From IMG/VR virus record IMGVR_UViG_3300049215_000772, positions 1 to 64,000 of that record: a DNA stretch of 64,000 nt; one strand, 5' to 3'. The position numbers were made by a program, and so were the translations under genes. Of this stretch, positions 27,909-36,749 are shown in pieces (position 1 is the stretch's first letter; each line of letters begins with the position of its first letter). Source of the DNA: a virus. Its lineage: Duplodnaviria > Heunggongvirae > Uroviricota > Caudoviricetes. The notes under the pieces are model-generated. The model was given only the letters and a program-made list of their open reading frames with translations. It ran no database searches and was not told the origin of the DNA.

Positions 27909-27916
27909 ATACTTTC

Positions 27917-28222
27917 ATGAATCGGATCAAAAGTTTCACAGAATGGTTGCGTGTTCGTGAAGGGGCAGTTGCCGGCCCGCAGGCACAACTAACGCCAGCA
28001 CAGCAAACTGCTCAAGATGCTACAACTTCTGCATTGGCGAAAATGCCTATGAAGCCAGGCCAGAATCCGGCTGAACTTCTACAAGACCCCAAGGGGCAAC
28101 AGCAATTGCTTCAGGCTGCCAACAAGGAAGCCAAGCAGAAAGGCAAGCCGTTGAACATTGGTGCCGCCGCAGCGTCGATGGACGCCGCTGCCGCCACTGA
28201 TCCATCTGCCGCAGGAGTGTAA
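27917..28222 (+). CDS. hypothetical protein (Ala/Gln-rich)
   Basis: ORF only. Confidence 0.3.
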   Translation: MNRIKSFTEWLRVREGAVAGPQAQLTPAQQTAQDATTSALAKMPMKPGQNPAELLQDPKGQQQLLQAANKEAKQKGKPLNIGAAAASMDAAAATDPSAAGV

Positions 28223-28440
28223 TGAAAACTTTCGCCCAATTTCTGGCTGAGAAAGAAGAAATCTTTGCCGTGCAGAAGTACACCACCGGCACGTCCCCAG
28301 GCAAGATGATGGCAAGTGGCGTGGCGAAGCCCGCCAACCCAGCCAAGATCAAATCGCCTTATCAGGGCATCCATTTCCCCGAAATTTTCGGCAAGCCAGC
28401 AAAGCGTGGCGCTCCCGGTACGATTCATCCGGGGAAGTAA
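28222..28440 (+). CDS. hypothetical small protein
   Basis: ORF only. Confidence 0.3.
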   Translation: MKTFAQFLAEKEEIFAVQKYTTGTSPGKMMASGVAKPANPAKIKSPYQGIHFPEIFGKPAKRGAPGTIHPGK

Positions 28441-28452
28441 CTCAATTAGTGC

Positions 28453-29061
28453 ATGAAACAAATTACATCGACTGGCGACGGCATGAACGTGCTGATCGTT
28501 TGCGATTACTCTCCGCATCATCACTGGATGACGTTCGCCTCCTGGTATTCTTTCGCCAAGATGTTGCCGGATGCCAACGTGGAGATTTCTTGCAATCGCC
28601 TTCCTGTAACCTGGCAGATGTTTGATTGGGCCAGGACTTGTAAGGTCAAACTGCGCATTCATCAGCCGCTTACCAAAGAAGAAATCATCAGAAGTTATAG
28701 CGGCCCATTGATCGTGGTCGATCCAGATGTTTTGATGATTCGTGAAATTGCCGATAGCGAACTAGAATTCTACCAGAAGACTCCCTTTGCGAAATCGGGA
28801 AAGGTTTGGATTGTCAACGATCCAACTGCTGTTCCTACGCAAGCGGACGTGTGCTGCGATGTGAAAGAAGAGAAAATATGCACATTTGTAGCTTATCCGG
28901 GTGGGTGGGGTAAGTTTGTTACGTCATCATGGATAAATAAGATAAGTACGCCTTTCCAGCACAGGTTCGGGAAGGGCGAAATGACTTCCAATGAGGTCAA
29001 GGTCGAGAGATTGTGGAAGCAACTTTCACCCATTTTCCAAACCGTATCGAGGATAACATGA
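28453..29061 (+). CDS. hypothetical protein
   Basis: ORF only. Confidence 0.4.
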   Translation: MKQITSTGDGMNVLIVCDYSPHHHWMTFASWYSFAKMLPDANVEISCNRLPVTWQMFDWARTCKVKLRIHQPLTKEEIIRSYSGPLIVVDPDVLMIREIADSELEFYQKTPFAKSGKVWIVNDPTAVPTQADVCCDVKEEKICTFVAYPGGWGKFVTSSWINKISTPFQHRFGKGEMTSNEVKVERLWKQLSPIFQTVSRIT

Positions 29062-29357
29062 GACGATTCGATTATGACGACAACGAGGAATATCGTGAGG
29101 ATGTCGATAATTTCTTCGACAGTGGTAGCGATGAAGGTATTACGCCGGACGAATATCGTGCCATCGTCAAGCAAGAACAAGAGATGCAGGCAGTACAACT
29201 GAATCTTGCCTATCGTGACATGAACAGCCATCTTCTTTGTCGGGCCATCAAGATGTTGGAGAAAGGTTTCTGGTGGAGGTTCTACTCCCTCGATACTAAA
29301 CTGAAGATGATCGAAAGGACATACCATCGCCTGAAAAGGGCGGTAGATAGAGGATGA
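29058..29357 (+). CDS. hypothetical acidic protein
   Basis: GAGGA RBS; ATGA overlap with the upstream stop. Confidence 0.4.
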   Translation: MRRFDYDDNEEYREDVDNFFDSGSDEGITPDEYRAIVKQEQEMQAVQLNLAYRDMNSHLLCRAIKMLEKGFWWRFYSLDTKLKMIERTYHRLKRAVDRG

Positions 29358-29358
29358 A

Positions 29359-29700
29359 ATGCCACACTACGAGTTTCAATGCAAGAAGTGCGATTCGGTC
29401 TACGATGAGATCGTTTCCTACGACGAGAAGAACAAGTATCCGACAGTGAAGTGTCCCAAGTGCGGGAGCAAGAAGAAGACCAAACTGCTGAGTCAGATCG
29501 GCGGCATCATCTTCGCTAATGCCAGGGAATCCAGCAAGTGGGACAACTTCACCTACCGGGCCGGCAAAACGGCGGACGAGGCCAAGGAGTGCCGTCGCCA
29601 GGCAGAAGAAGCGTCCCATATGGGAGCCGATCCGTACCACAGTGCGGCACAGATCGCTGCTGACATCAACAACGACGCCAATTACGGCGAAGTTAAATAG
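29359..29700 (+). CDS. FmdB-family zinc-ribbon protein
   Basis: 'MPHYEFQCKKCDSVYDE...KCPKCGS'. Confidence 0.5.
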   Translation: MPHYEFQCKKCDSVYDEIVSYDEKNKYPTVKCPKCGSKKKTKLLSQIGGIIFANARESSKWDNFTYRAGKTADEAKECRRQAEEASHMGADPYHSAAQIAADINNDANYGEVK

Positions 29701-30490
29701 TCGTTGGGTCTTTTTCTTCTGTTTCCAGTACCTTCTCCTTCGGCGCACGGAACAACAGGGCTTCGATTTCTTGATCCCAGCCTTCTTCTCCAAGTGCTTC
29801 CCTCACTGCTTGTAGCACTTCGGGCTTCTGGTAGTCGGGATGCTCTAGGTAGTTGCTTTCGTAGACGTGGAAGCAGTTCTTGTTTCCTACCGCTCCCAAG
29901 TACAACTCCGTGAACCACAGCCCATGCTTGCCGTAGTTGACAGTGGACGTGACGTAGCAACGACCACCCGTTGACAGGCATGGCCACATGACTTTCCAGT
30001 GCCATTCCATCCTTGGGATGAAGGCTGCTTCGTCGATCACGAGATGGGTGCAAGCCCTGCCTCGTGCGGCTTGTGGGATGCTGAAGATGATGTCGCTGCC
30101 CGTGGCGGCGAATGTCTTCTCTCGTAGGTTGTTCCTTTCCATTCTTGGCTGCATCCAGGTCGGCAGCAGTTGAATTGATAGGTTGAACATTTCCGACCAG
30201 TTCTCGGCTTCTCCCTTGCTTTTGCAAATCCAGATGATTCGCTTCTTCTCCCGGAACATACATTGGTGCAAGCAGTACAGCATGTGAACGGTACTGATTC
30301 CACCTTGCCGCCATTTTTTAGAAATGACGAAACGATTCTCTTCTAATTCAGCCGCCAAGCGAAGTTGCCAAGACGACAATTCAAAGGGCAGCAGCCCCCG
30401 TAATGGGTGTTGGTACTTGATGTAATTCTTGCAGAAGTATGGGAAACTTTCGGCACACTTGATGATTTCGTTGGCTTGTTTTACCAGCAT
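29693..30490 (-). CDS. terminase large subunit-like ATPase domain (no nuclease domain)
   Basis: 'FPYFCKNYIKYQHP...PFELSSWQ...FVISKKWRQGGISTV' (deviant Walker A as in TerL families) and Walker B 'HLVIDEAAF'; only about 265 aa. Confidence 0.45.
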   Translation of the reverse strand: MLVKQANEIIKCAESFPYFCKNYIKYQHPLRGLLPFELSSWQLRLAAELEENRFVISKKWRQGGISTVHMLYCLHQCMFREKKRIIWICKSKGEAENWSEMFNLSIQLLPTWMQPRMERNNLREKTFAATGSDIIFSIPQAARGRACTHLVIDEAAFIPRMEWHWKVMWPCLSTGGRCYVTSTVNYGKHGLWFTELYLGAVGNKNCFHVYESNYLEHPDYQKPEVLQAVREALGEEGWDQEIEALLFRAPKEKVLETEEKDPTTI

Positions 30491-30604
30491 TGGTTTTCCT
30501 TTCTAATTAAGTCTTGTCGGGTTATATGGTCCGACTTACGATATTTATGCGGCTTGTCTCCATCTGCATCTGGAAAAAATATCGAGGATATTTCTACAGC
30601 ACAC

Positions 30605-30633
30605 TTGATCGAGGTTGAAGGCAAGGGTATATT
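30605..30633 (+). promoter_or_regulatory. sigma70-like promoter upstream of prkA
   Basis: TTGATC - 17 nt - TATATT, about 35 nt upstream of the AGGGAG RBS and ATG. Confidence 0.4.
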
Positions 30634-30667
30634 GCTCTGACACCTGGACTCAATACGCAGGGAGAAT

Positions 30668-32779
30668 ATGATGGAATACGCACCGGAGGTAAAGATGAAT
30701 CACCTGAAGAGAGTGACGGGACTTTTCGACAAGAACAAGTTTCGGCAACTGAACGCTGAGATGAGCATGGCAGAGTATCTTGACCTCTGCTTGAAGAACC
30801 CACGGCTGGGCCGGAATGCCTGGCAGATGATTTACGACATGATTATGGAGGATGGTTCCGAGACTTTCGAGCAATATCGGAAAACCTACACTCACTACAA
30901 CTTTTTCGACGACCCTGAAATCCCCATCATCGGTCTGGCTGAGACGAAGGACGCCTTGGTGAAGTTCATCAAGGGCGCTGCCGGTCACTACGGCACTGAG
31001 AAGCGTGTGCTTCTGTTGCACGGACCTGTCGGTAGCTCCAAGTCCACCATTTGCCGCCTTATCAAGCGGAGACTGGAAAAGTACAGTCACACGGATGCTG
31101 GCGCATGGTACTCCTACAAGTGGGTGAATTTGCCCACGGGTGAGGACGGTATCTACACCAACCCGGAGAACGAGTGCCCACTGCACGAGAATCCACTCAA
31201 GCTGCTTCCTTTGGAAGTGCGTGAGCCTTTCCTGGCGGAAATGAACGCCACCCTATTGGAAATGCAGGAGGCCGACAAGAAGGCGGGTGCCGCCAAGGAA
31301 CACTACACCCTTCGCATGGACGGCGAGTTGAATCCACGCTGCAAGTTGTTCATGAATGAACTGCTCAAGCGTTACCAGGGCGACCTGGAGAAAGTTTTGA
31401 GCGAACACATCGTTGTTGTCCGCAAGGTGTACAGCGAAGTGGATCGTTGTGGTATTGCAACCTTCCAGCCGAAGGATGAGAAGAACCAGGACTCGACCGA
31501 GTTGACGGGCGACATCAACTTCGGCCTCATCTCCAAGTTCGGTTCCGACTCTGACGCCCGTGCCTTCAATTTCGACGGCGAGTTTTGCTGCGGCAATCGT
31601 GGCATGATCGAGTTCATCGAAGCCCTGAAGCTGGATCAGGCGTTCCTGTATGACTTGCTGGGTGCCAGCCAGGAACAAAGCATCAAGCCGAAGAAGTTCA
31701 GCCAGGTGTTGATTGACGAAGCTATCTTCGCCCACACCAACGACGCTGAATACCAGAAGTTGAAGTCCAACCAGTACATGGAAGCCCTTCGTGACCGTAC
31801 CGTGAAGATCACGGTTCCGTACACCCGGAAGTGGGACGAAGAAACCAAGATTCTGGAGAAGGACTACGGCCCCGGCAAGGTTCGTCAACACATCGCTCCT
31901 CACACGAGGGAAATCGCCGCTTTGTGGGCAGTGCTGACCCGCCTCCAGGACGACAAGGATGGCAAACTATCCCTCGTCGAGAAGGCTGAATTGTACAACG
32001 GCAAGCTGCTCCCTGGTTGGACCGAGGACGCAGTGAAGGAACTGATGGACAAGCACCCCGAAGAAGGCATGACCGGCGTATCCGTGCGGTACGTTCAGGA
32101 CAAGTTCTCGAACTGCCTGTCCAACAACCACGAGTACGTCAATACCTTCATGGTGTTGAACGAACTGCGTGATGGTTTGCACGACTCGTCGCTGCTGACG
32201 AACAAGGATCAGGTTAGCCGGTACATTACCTGCATCGACCTGGCTCTCAAGAAGCTGACGGAAATCCTCAAGGCTGAAGTCCAGAAGGCTTTGGTCGGCG
32301 ATGAGGATTCGGCGATCAGGCTGTGCGCCAACTACATCGACAATGTGATGGCCTACATCAACAAGGCCAAGGTCCGTGACAAGGTGACGGGCCAGGACCG
32401 CAAGCCGGATGAGCGGCTGATGCGGCAGGTGGAAGAGAAGATCGAGATTCCCGACCAGGGAGCCGATGACTTCCGCCGTCAGATCGCTGCCTTCATCGGT
32501 GATCTTGCTCACAAGGGCAAGCAGTTCAAGTGGGATAGCAATCCGAAGCTGAAGAAGGCTTTGGAAATGAAGCTGTTCGAGGATGTGAAGGACACCATCA
32601 AGTTGTCGGCCCTCAATGTGTCGGCGGCTACGGTCGTGGACAAGGACATCCAGCAGCGTATCCAGGATTTGAAGACCAGACTCATTAACCAGTATGGTTA
32701 CAACGAACAGAGCGCAACTGACGTGCTGGACTTCGTTGGCGGCATCTTCGCCCGTGGCGACCTGGCAGAAGAAGAGTAA
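30668..32779 (+). CDS. prkA: PrkA/YeaG-family serine protein kinase (AAA+ N-domain + kinase domain)
   Basis: 'LLLHGPVGSSKST' P-loop, 'GNRGMIEFIEALK', 'AIFAHTNDAEY', and the PrkA C-domain; colinear with E. coli YeaG. Confidence 0.9.
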   Translation: MMEYAPEVKMNHLKRVTGLFDKNKFRQLNAEMSMAEYLDLCLKNPRLGRNAWQMIYDMIMEDGSETFEQYRKTYTHYNFFDDPEIPIIGLAETKDALVKFIKGAAGHYGTEKRVLLLHGPVGSSKSTICRLIKRRLEKYSHTDAGAWYSYKWVNLPTGEDGIYTNPENECPLHENPLKLLPLEVREPFLAEMNATLLEMQEADKKAGAAKEHYTLRMDGELNPRCKLFMNELLKRYQGDLEKVLSEHIVVVRKVYSEVDRCGIATFQPKDEKNQDSTELTGDINFGLISKFGSDSDARAFNFDGEFCCGNRGMIEFIEALKLDQAFLYDLLGASQEQSIKPKKFSQVLIDEAIFAHTNDAEYQKLKSNQYMEALRDRTVKITVPYTRKWDEETKILEKDYGPGKVRQHIAPHTREIAALWAVLTRLQDDKDGKLSLVEKAELYNGKLLPGWTEDAVKELMDKHPEEGMTGVSVRYVQDKFSNCLSNNHEYVNTFMVLNELRDGLHDSSLLTNKDQVSRYITCIDLALKKLTEILKAEVQKALVGDEDSAIRLCANYIDNVMAYINKAKVRDKVTGQDRKPDERLMRQVEEKIEIPDQGADDFRRQIAAFIGDLAHKGKQFKWDSNPKLKKALEMKLFEDVKDTIKLSALNVSAATVVDKDIQQRIQDLKTRLINQYGYNEQSATDVLDFVGGIFARGDLAEEE

Positions 32780-32793
32780 TCCCGTCTTAGGGT

Positions 32794-32841
32794 GGGGCGG
32801 GCGGCTTCCTTCAGTCCACGAGGCCGCACCGCCCCTTTTTT
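32794..32841 (+). terminator. rho-independent terminator after prkA
   Basis: 12-bp GC stem (one bulge) 'ggggcgggcggc...gccgcaccgcccc' followed by TTTTTT. Confidence 0.6.
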
Positions 32842-32855
32842 CAAGGTGGAGAGAC

Positions 32856-33071
32856 ATGAACAACCACTGGTTGAATGAAGCAAAGTACAAGAAGATGTTC
32901 AAGGAGATCGACGAGGCTGCAATGGAAGCCTGGGGTGAAGATGGCACGCTGGCCGATCTCATCAACTCCTTGGATGACGAGCAAACGGCGCTTTTGATGG
33001 GAATGAAGATCAAGGATGTTGCCGCCGACCTTGACGACTATGAGTTCGGCTTGACTCTCATCAAGCCATAA
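32856..33071 (+). CDS. small acidic protein
   Basis: GGTGGAGAG RBS; 71 aa. Confidence 0.4.
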   Translation: MNNHWLNEAKYKKMFKEIDEAAMEAWGEDGTLADLINSLDDEQTALLMGMKIKDVAADLDDYEFGLTLIKP

Positions 33072-33091
33072 CAACTAACAGGTAAACAACA

Positions 33092-34564
33092 ATGGACGAA
33101 TTTCAAGACTTTATCGACGTTTCTTGTCAAAGCGGCATTATTGAAGAATTGGCGAACAATAACTGTCCGTTTCTGTCGTTACTTTGTGAGCTAATTGACA
33201 ATGTGGCAGCAGAATTGGAACATTGTCAGACCGCCCGTGTTCACATCAAAATTGGTGGCCCTTGGACGACTATTGCCTCAAACAACAGTAAAGTCCTTGA
33301 TCTACAACAGGCATACATGGAGGTTTCTGATAACGCAACTGGCATTAAGTCTGACCGGCTTGCTCATTGTTTGTCGCTGGCTGCGAAACCGGAAAGCAGT
33401 GGTACGTTGCATGAGCATGGGCTGGGCATGAAGACGGCCATCATGAGTCTTGGTAAGTTGGATTATCTCATCACTAAGACGAAGGATGAGGATTTTGCTT
33501 CTCGCATCGACGAACTTACCATTGGTAAAATTCTGCGGCGCAAAGATACTGATACTTTCAAAAAAGGCGAAAGTGGCACGATCATTCGCCTCAAGAACTT
33601 GAAGCCGAAGGTTTACAAAGAGAAGCGATTGTATCTGAGGAATGTTATCGACCACCTTGGCGCTCGCTACGCCCGGCTTCTCACCAAGAACCAAATGACC
33701 GGACGCAAATTGGACATCCAATTTGATTTGCTCGATGAAAACGACAATGTGCGTGATAGCTGGACAATTCAGCCTTGTTTTCCTTTCTACGAAAACAACG
33801 GACGCAACATATTGAAAGAAGAGTTCGGCGGCAATAATTGGGGAGCGCAGCTTGAATTTGGATTCACTCCTTCTGAGTCAGAGTATATCCAAAATGGACT
33901 TGAGGTTCCGGCCAACTCCCATCCTTACAAACGGAATTGTCGGGTGATTGATGTTGTTCACCATGATAGAGTTCTTTGTCGGCTGGGAGCAGATGATTTG
34001 TACCCAGGCTCTCACTATATGTTTGCTCCATTTGTTGGCGTTCTTACTTTGAGGTATGGTTTTCGTACTTCGATGACCAAGGATGGGGTTTTGCGAGATG
34101 AGAACTGGAATGAACTTCTCGAAAAAGTGGTGGATGTCACCAAGGGACTTGTGGAGGAGTATGTTCGACGATACGAACGGCTCACCCAGGACGAAAAAGA
34201 CTACCGAGATCAGTTGTATCAAATTCAAACTAAAGGAGAGGACAAGGAGGTATTGAAAGAGTTTGCTGTTGAGGGAACTGATGGCAACATTGATTTGTTG
34301 GTCAATGACGAAGTGTGGGAACTCAAGGCAGAACAGGCCCAAGGGATTGATGTGTACCAGGTGTTGTATTACATCGACACCTGCGATAAAGCCAAGAAAA
34401 CTAGCGGACGCCTGATTGCTCCGTCTTTTTCTGACGGGTGTAAATGGACTGCCCAACATTTGAAAAAGACAAGGAAGGTTGATGTGAAGTTGAAGACATT
34501 TGAGGATGTCGGTTTGGTGAAGGGTATTGCAGCGAAAAAGAAAGCAAAAAAGAAGTCCATGTGA
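33092..34564 (+). CDS. GHKL (Bergerat-fold, HATPase_c) ATPase
   Basis: N-box 'ELIDNVAAE', G1 'SDNATGI', G2 'HGLGMKTA'. Confidence 0.6.
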   Translation: MDEFQDFIDVSCQSGIIEELANNNCPFLSLLCELIDNVAAELEHCQTARVHIKIGGPWTTIASNNSKVLDLQQAYMEVSDNATGIKSDRLAHCLSLAAKPESSGTLHEHGLGMKTAIMSLGKLDYLITKTKDEDFASRIDELTIGKILRRKDTDTFKKGESGTIIRLKNLKPKVYKEKRLYLRNVIDHLGARYARLLTKNQMTGRKLDIQFDLLDENDNVRDSWTIQPCFPFYENNGRNILKEEFGGNNWGAQLEFGFTPSESEYIQNGLEVPANSHPYKRNCRVIDVVHHDRVLCRLGADDLYPGSHYMFAPFVGVLTLRYGFRTSMTKDGVLRDENWNELLEKVVDVTKGLVEEYVRRYERLTQDEKDYRDQLYQIQTKGEDKEVLKEFAVEGTDGNIDLLVNDEVWELKAEQAQGIDVYQVLYYIDTCDKAKKTSGRLIAPSFSDGCKWTAQHLKKTRKVDVKLKTFEDVGLVKGIAAKKKAKKKSM

Positions 34565-35289
34565 TATTTGAAAGTTCTACACGAGCGCAGTACAATATGG
34601 GTATGCCAAACCATATATGCCAACAATGCGGTGTAGAATTCTACAACAAGAATAGCGGTGCTAGGTACTGCTCGCAGCAATGTACCAAGAACAGCACCAA
34701 GAAAGGCACGAGCGGCAAATGCTACAACTGCGGTAAGGAAGTTTATATTCCGAACCATAAGAACATCCAGAAGACCTTCTGTAGTTGGGAATGCAACATG
34801 GAGGCCCAGCGCAAGAGACGCCCGACTAGGGTGTGTAAGCACTGCGGAAGGGAATTCAAGAAGAAGGCCAGGAGCAATGCGATGTTTTGTTCTCCAGCCT
34901 GCCGTTTGAGTTCAGAATACAACATGCAACAACTTGCCGCCATGAGGAAGAAACAGGCCGGCAAGAAGCCCACCAAATTGGAATTATTGGGATATAGCAT
35001 CCTCGATGAGATCGGCCTGGAGTATGAGAAACAGTACATATTCGACAGATTTGTGGCCGATGCCTATGTTAAAGAACTGAACCTGATCGTACAATTTGAT
35101 GGCGATTACTGGCACGGCAATACCAGTAAGTTTCCGACGCTCTCGGAGTTTCAGATGAAGCAAACAGAAAGAGATCGCCGAGCAGATGCAAAAGCCCGTG
35201 ATCTTGGGCATCGAGTCATCCGGTTGTGGGAATCGGATGTCTACAAGGATCAACAAGCAGTGAAGAACCGCATACTGTTGAAGGAGTGA
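34561..35289 (+). CDS. zinc-ribbon + Vsr-like endonuclease (putative Vsr-family homing/nicking endonuclease)
   Basis: Several CxxC pairs at the N-terminus; C-terminus 'LIVQFDGDYWHGN...ERDRRADAKARDLGHRVIRLWESDV' matches the Vsr 'F.DGCFWHG...ERD.RD...L...GW.V..VWE'; GTG at 34561 or ATG at 34597. Confidence 0.6.
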   Translation: MIFESSTRAQYNMGMPNHICQQCGVEFYNKNSGARYCSQQCTKNSTKKGTSGKCYNCGKEVYIPNHKNIQKTFCSWECNMEAQRKRRPTRVCKHCGREFKKKARSNAMFCSPACRLSSEYNMQQLAAMRKKQAGKKPTKLELLGYSILDEIGLEYEKQYIFDRFVADAYVKELNLIVQFDGDYWHGNTSKFPTLSEFQMKQTERDRRADAKARDLGHRVIRLWESDVYKDQQAVKNRILLKE

Positions 35290-35292
35290 AAG

Positions 35293-36513
35293 ATGCCCCG
35301 GAGGATCGAAGAAGATCACAAAGATTTTCGAGACGTAGTTTCAGGAAAGATTCGCAAAGCCCTCAAGAAGTTCATCAAGTCGGGCCAGATATTCCGCAAC
35401 CGTGGAAAGAACGGCAAGATTTCCATTTCTATCCCCAAGATTGACATCCCTCACATCGTCTACGGCGACACGGGAGAAGGTGTTGGGCGTGGTCCTGGAA
35501 AGCCCGGTGACGTGATTGGCAAAGACCCGCAACCTGGACAGGGTGCAGGCCAGGAGTCCAGCGAAGGTATCACCATCAATCTGGACCTGGAAGAAGTCCT
35601 CAAGTTCATGCAGGACGACTTGGCCCTGCCGAACCTGAAGCCGAAGCCGAACGAGACGTTTGAAGACATCAAGATCAAGTACAACAACATCTCGCTGGTC
35701 GGCCCCGAAAGCCTGCGTCACAACCGCAGAACTTTCCTCCAGGCCATCAAGCGACAGGCGTGCATGGGCACCCTGGATGATCTGCACATGGTTCCTGGCT
35801 GCAAGGAACCCAGGAAGATCATCACTCCCTGGCCGGCTGACAAGCGTTACCGCCAGTACAACGAAATCCGCATTCCGTCGAGCAACGCCCTTATCGTCTA
35901 CGCCCGTGATGGGTCAGGAAGTATGGATGCTGTGAAGTGCGACATCGTGTCGGACATGGCGTGGTGGATCGACGTGTGGATCAGAAGGTTTTACACCCGT
36001 GTCGAGCGCATGTATGTCTGGCATGACTCCGCTGCGATGGAAGTGGACGAAGAGAAATTCTACAAGTACAGGTTCGGCGGCGGTACTACCTGTTCGTCTG
36101 CGTTGAAGTTTATCACCAAGCAGTTCGAGAACAGGTTCCCACCGCAGAAGTGGAATGTCTACGTTTTCTATTTCTCGGACGGCGAGAATTGGGGCGAAGA
36201 TAATGAAGTGTTCATCAACACCCTGAAGGAAGAGTTCCAGCCTCATATTGTGAACTTTGTCGGCATCACGCAGATTCTTGCTTACAATTACGATGGCTCC
36301 CTGAAGCATATTGTCGATGAGGCGATTAAGTCCAACATACTCGACAAGGATCAGGTGAGAACAGTGTCCATTGGTCAGGAAACTACGCCGGCTGCTGGTA
36401 GTCCGTGGAGTCCGCCCAGCTTGACGGAAGAACAACGCAACGAACAAGTGCTGCGGGCCATCAAGCAACTGCTGGGCAGCAAGAAGTCCGACAAGGAGGA
36501 GAAGGACGACTGA
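35293..36513 (+). CDS. yeaH: YeaH/YhbH (DUF444, vWA-like) protein
   Basis: 'DLALPNLK', 'DGSGSMD', 'SDGENWGED' match E. coli YeaH 'DLALPNLK', 'DVSGSMD', 'SDGDNW'. Confidence 0.85.
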   Translation: MPRRIEEDHKDFRDVVSGKIRKALKKFIKSGQIFRNRGKNGKISISIPKIDIPHIVYGDTGEGVGRGPGKPGDVIGKDPQPGQGAGQESSEGITINLDLEEVLKFMQDDLALPNLKPKPNETFEDIKIKYNNISLVGPESLRHNRRTFLQAIKRQACMGTLDDLHMVPGCKEPRKIITPWPADKRYRQYNEIRIPSSNALIVYARDGSGSMDAVKCDIVSDMAWWIDVWIRRFYTRVERMYVWHDSAAMEVDEEKFYKYRFGGGTTCSSALKFITKQFENRFPPQKWNVYVFYFSDGENWGEDNEVFINTLKEEFQPHIVNFVGITQILAYNYDGSLKHIVDEAIKSNILDKDQVRTVSIGQETTPAAGSPWSPPSLTEEQRNEQVLRAIKQLLGSKKSDKEEKDD

Positions 36514-36749
36514 TGTTTTACTACTGTATGGCCTGCGGTGAGGAGTTGGAGTCACCAGGAATAGGGTATTACTATTCCCAAGAGTGTAAGAAGTGTAACA
36601 AGTTCAACGTCAGTGTATATTGGTATGGCTACGATGTAAACATTGACGACAAGTTCTTCCATTTTGATGAATCTGGCTATGGGAACAGGGAAAGCCAACA
36701 AGCCTTAGAGGAATACCTCAAGCAAAGGAGCGAGCAAAATGGGCAATAA
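36512..36749 (+). CDS. small zinc-ribbon protein coupled to yeaH
   Basis: TGATG overlap with the yeaH stop; 'CMACGEE...CKKCNK'. Confidence 0.45.

Noticed and set aside
31967-33013. 348-aa minus-strand ORF (and 31253..31903)
   Set aside because: Antisense to prkA and crossing its terminator; prkA homology is decisive.
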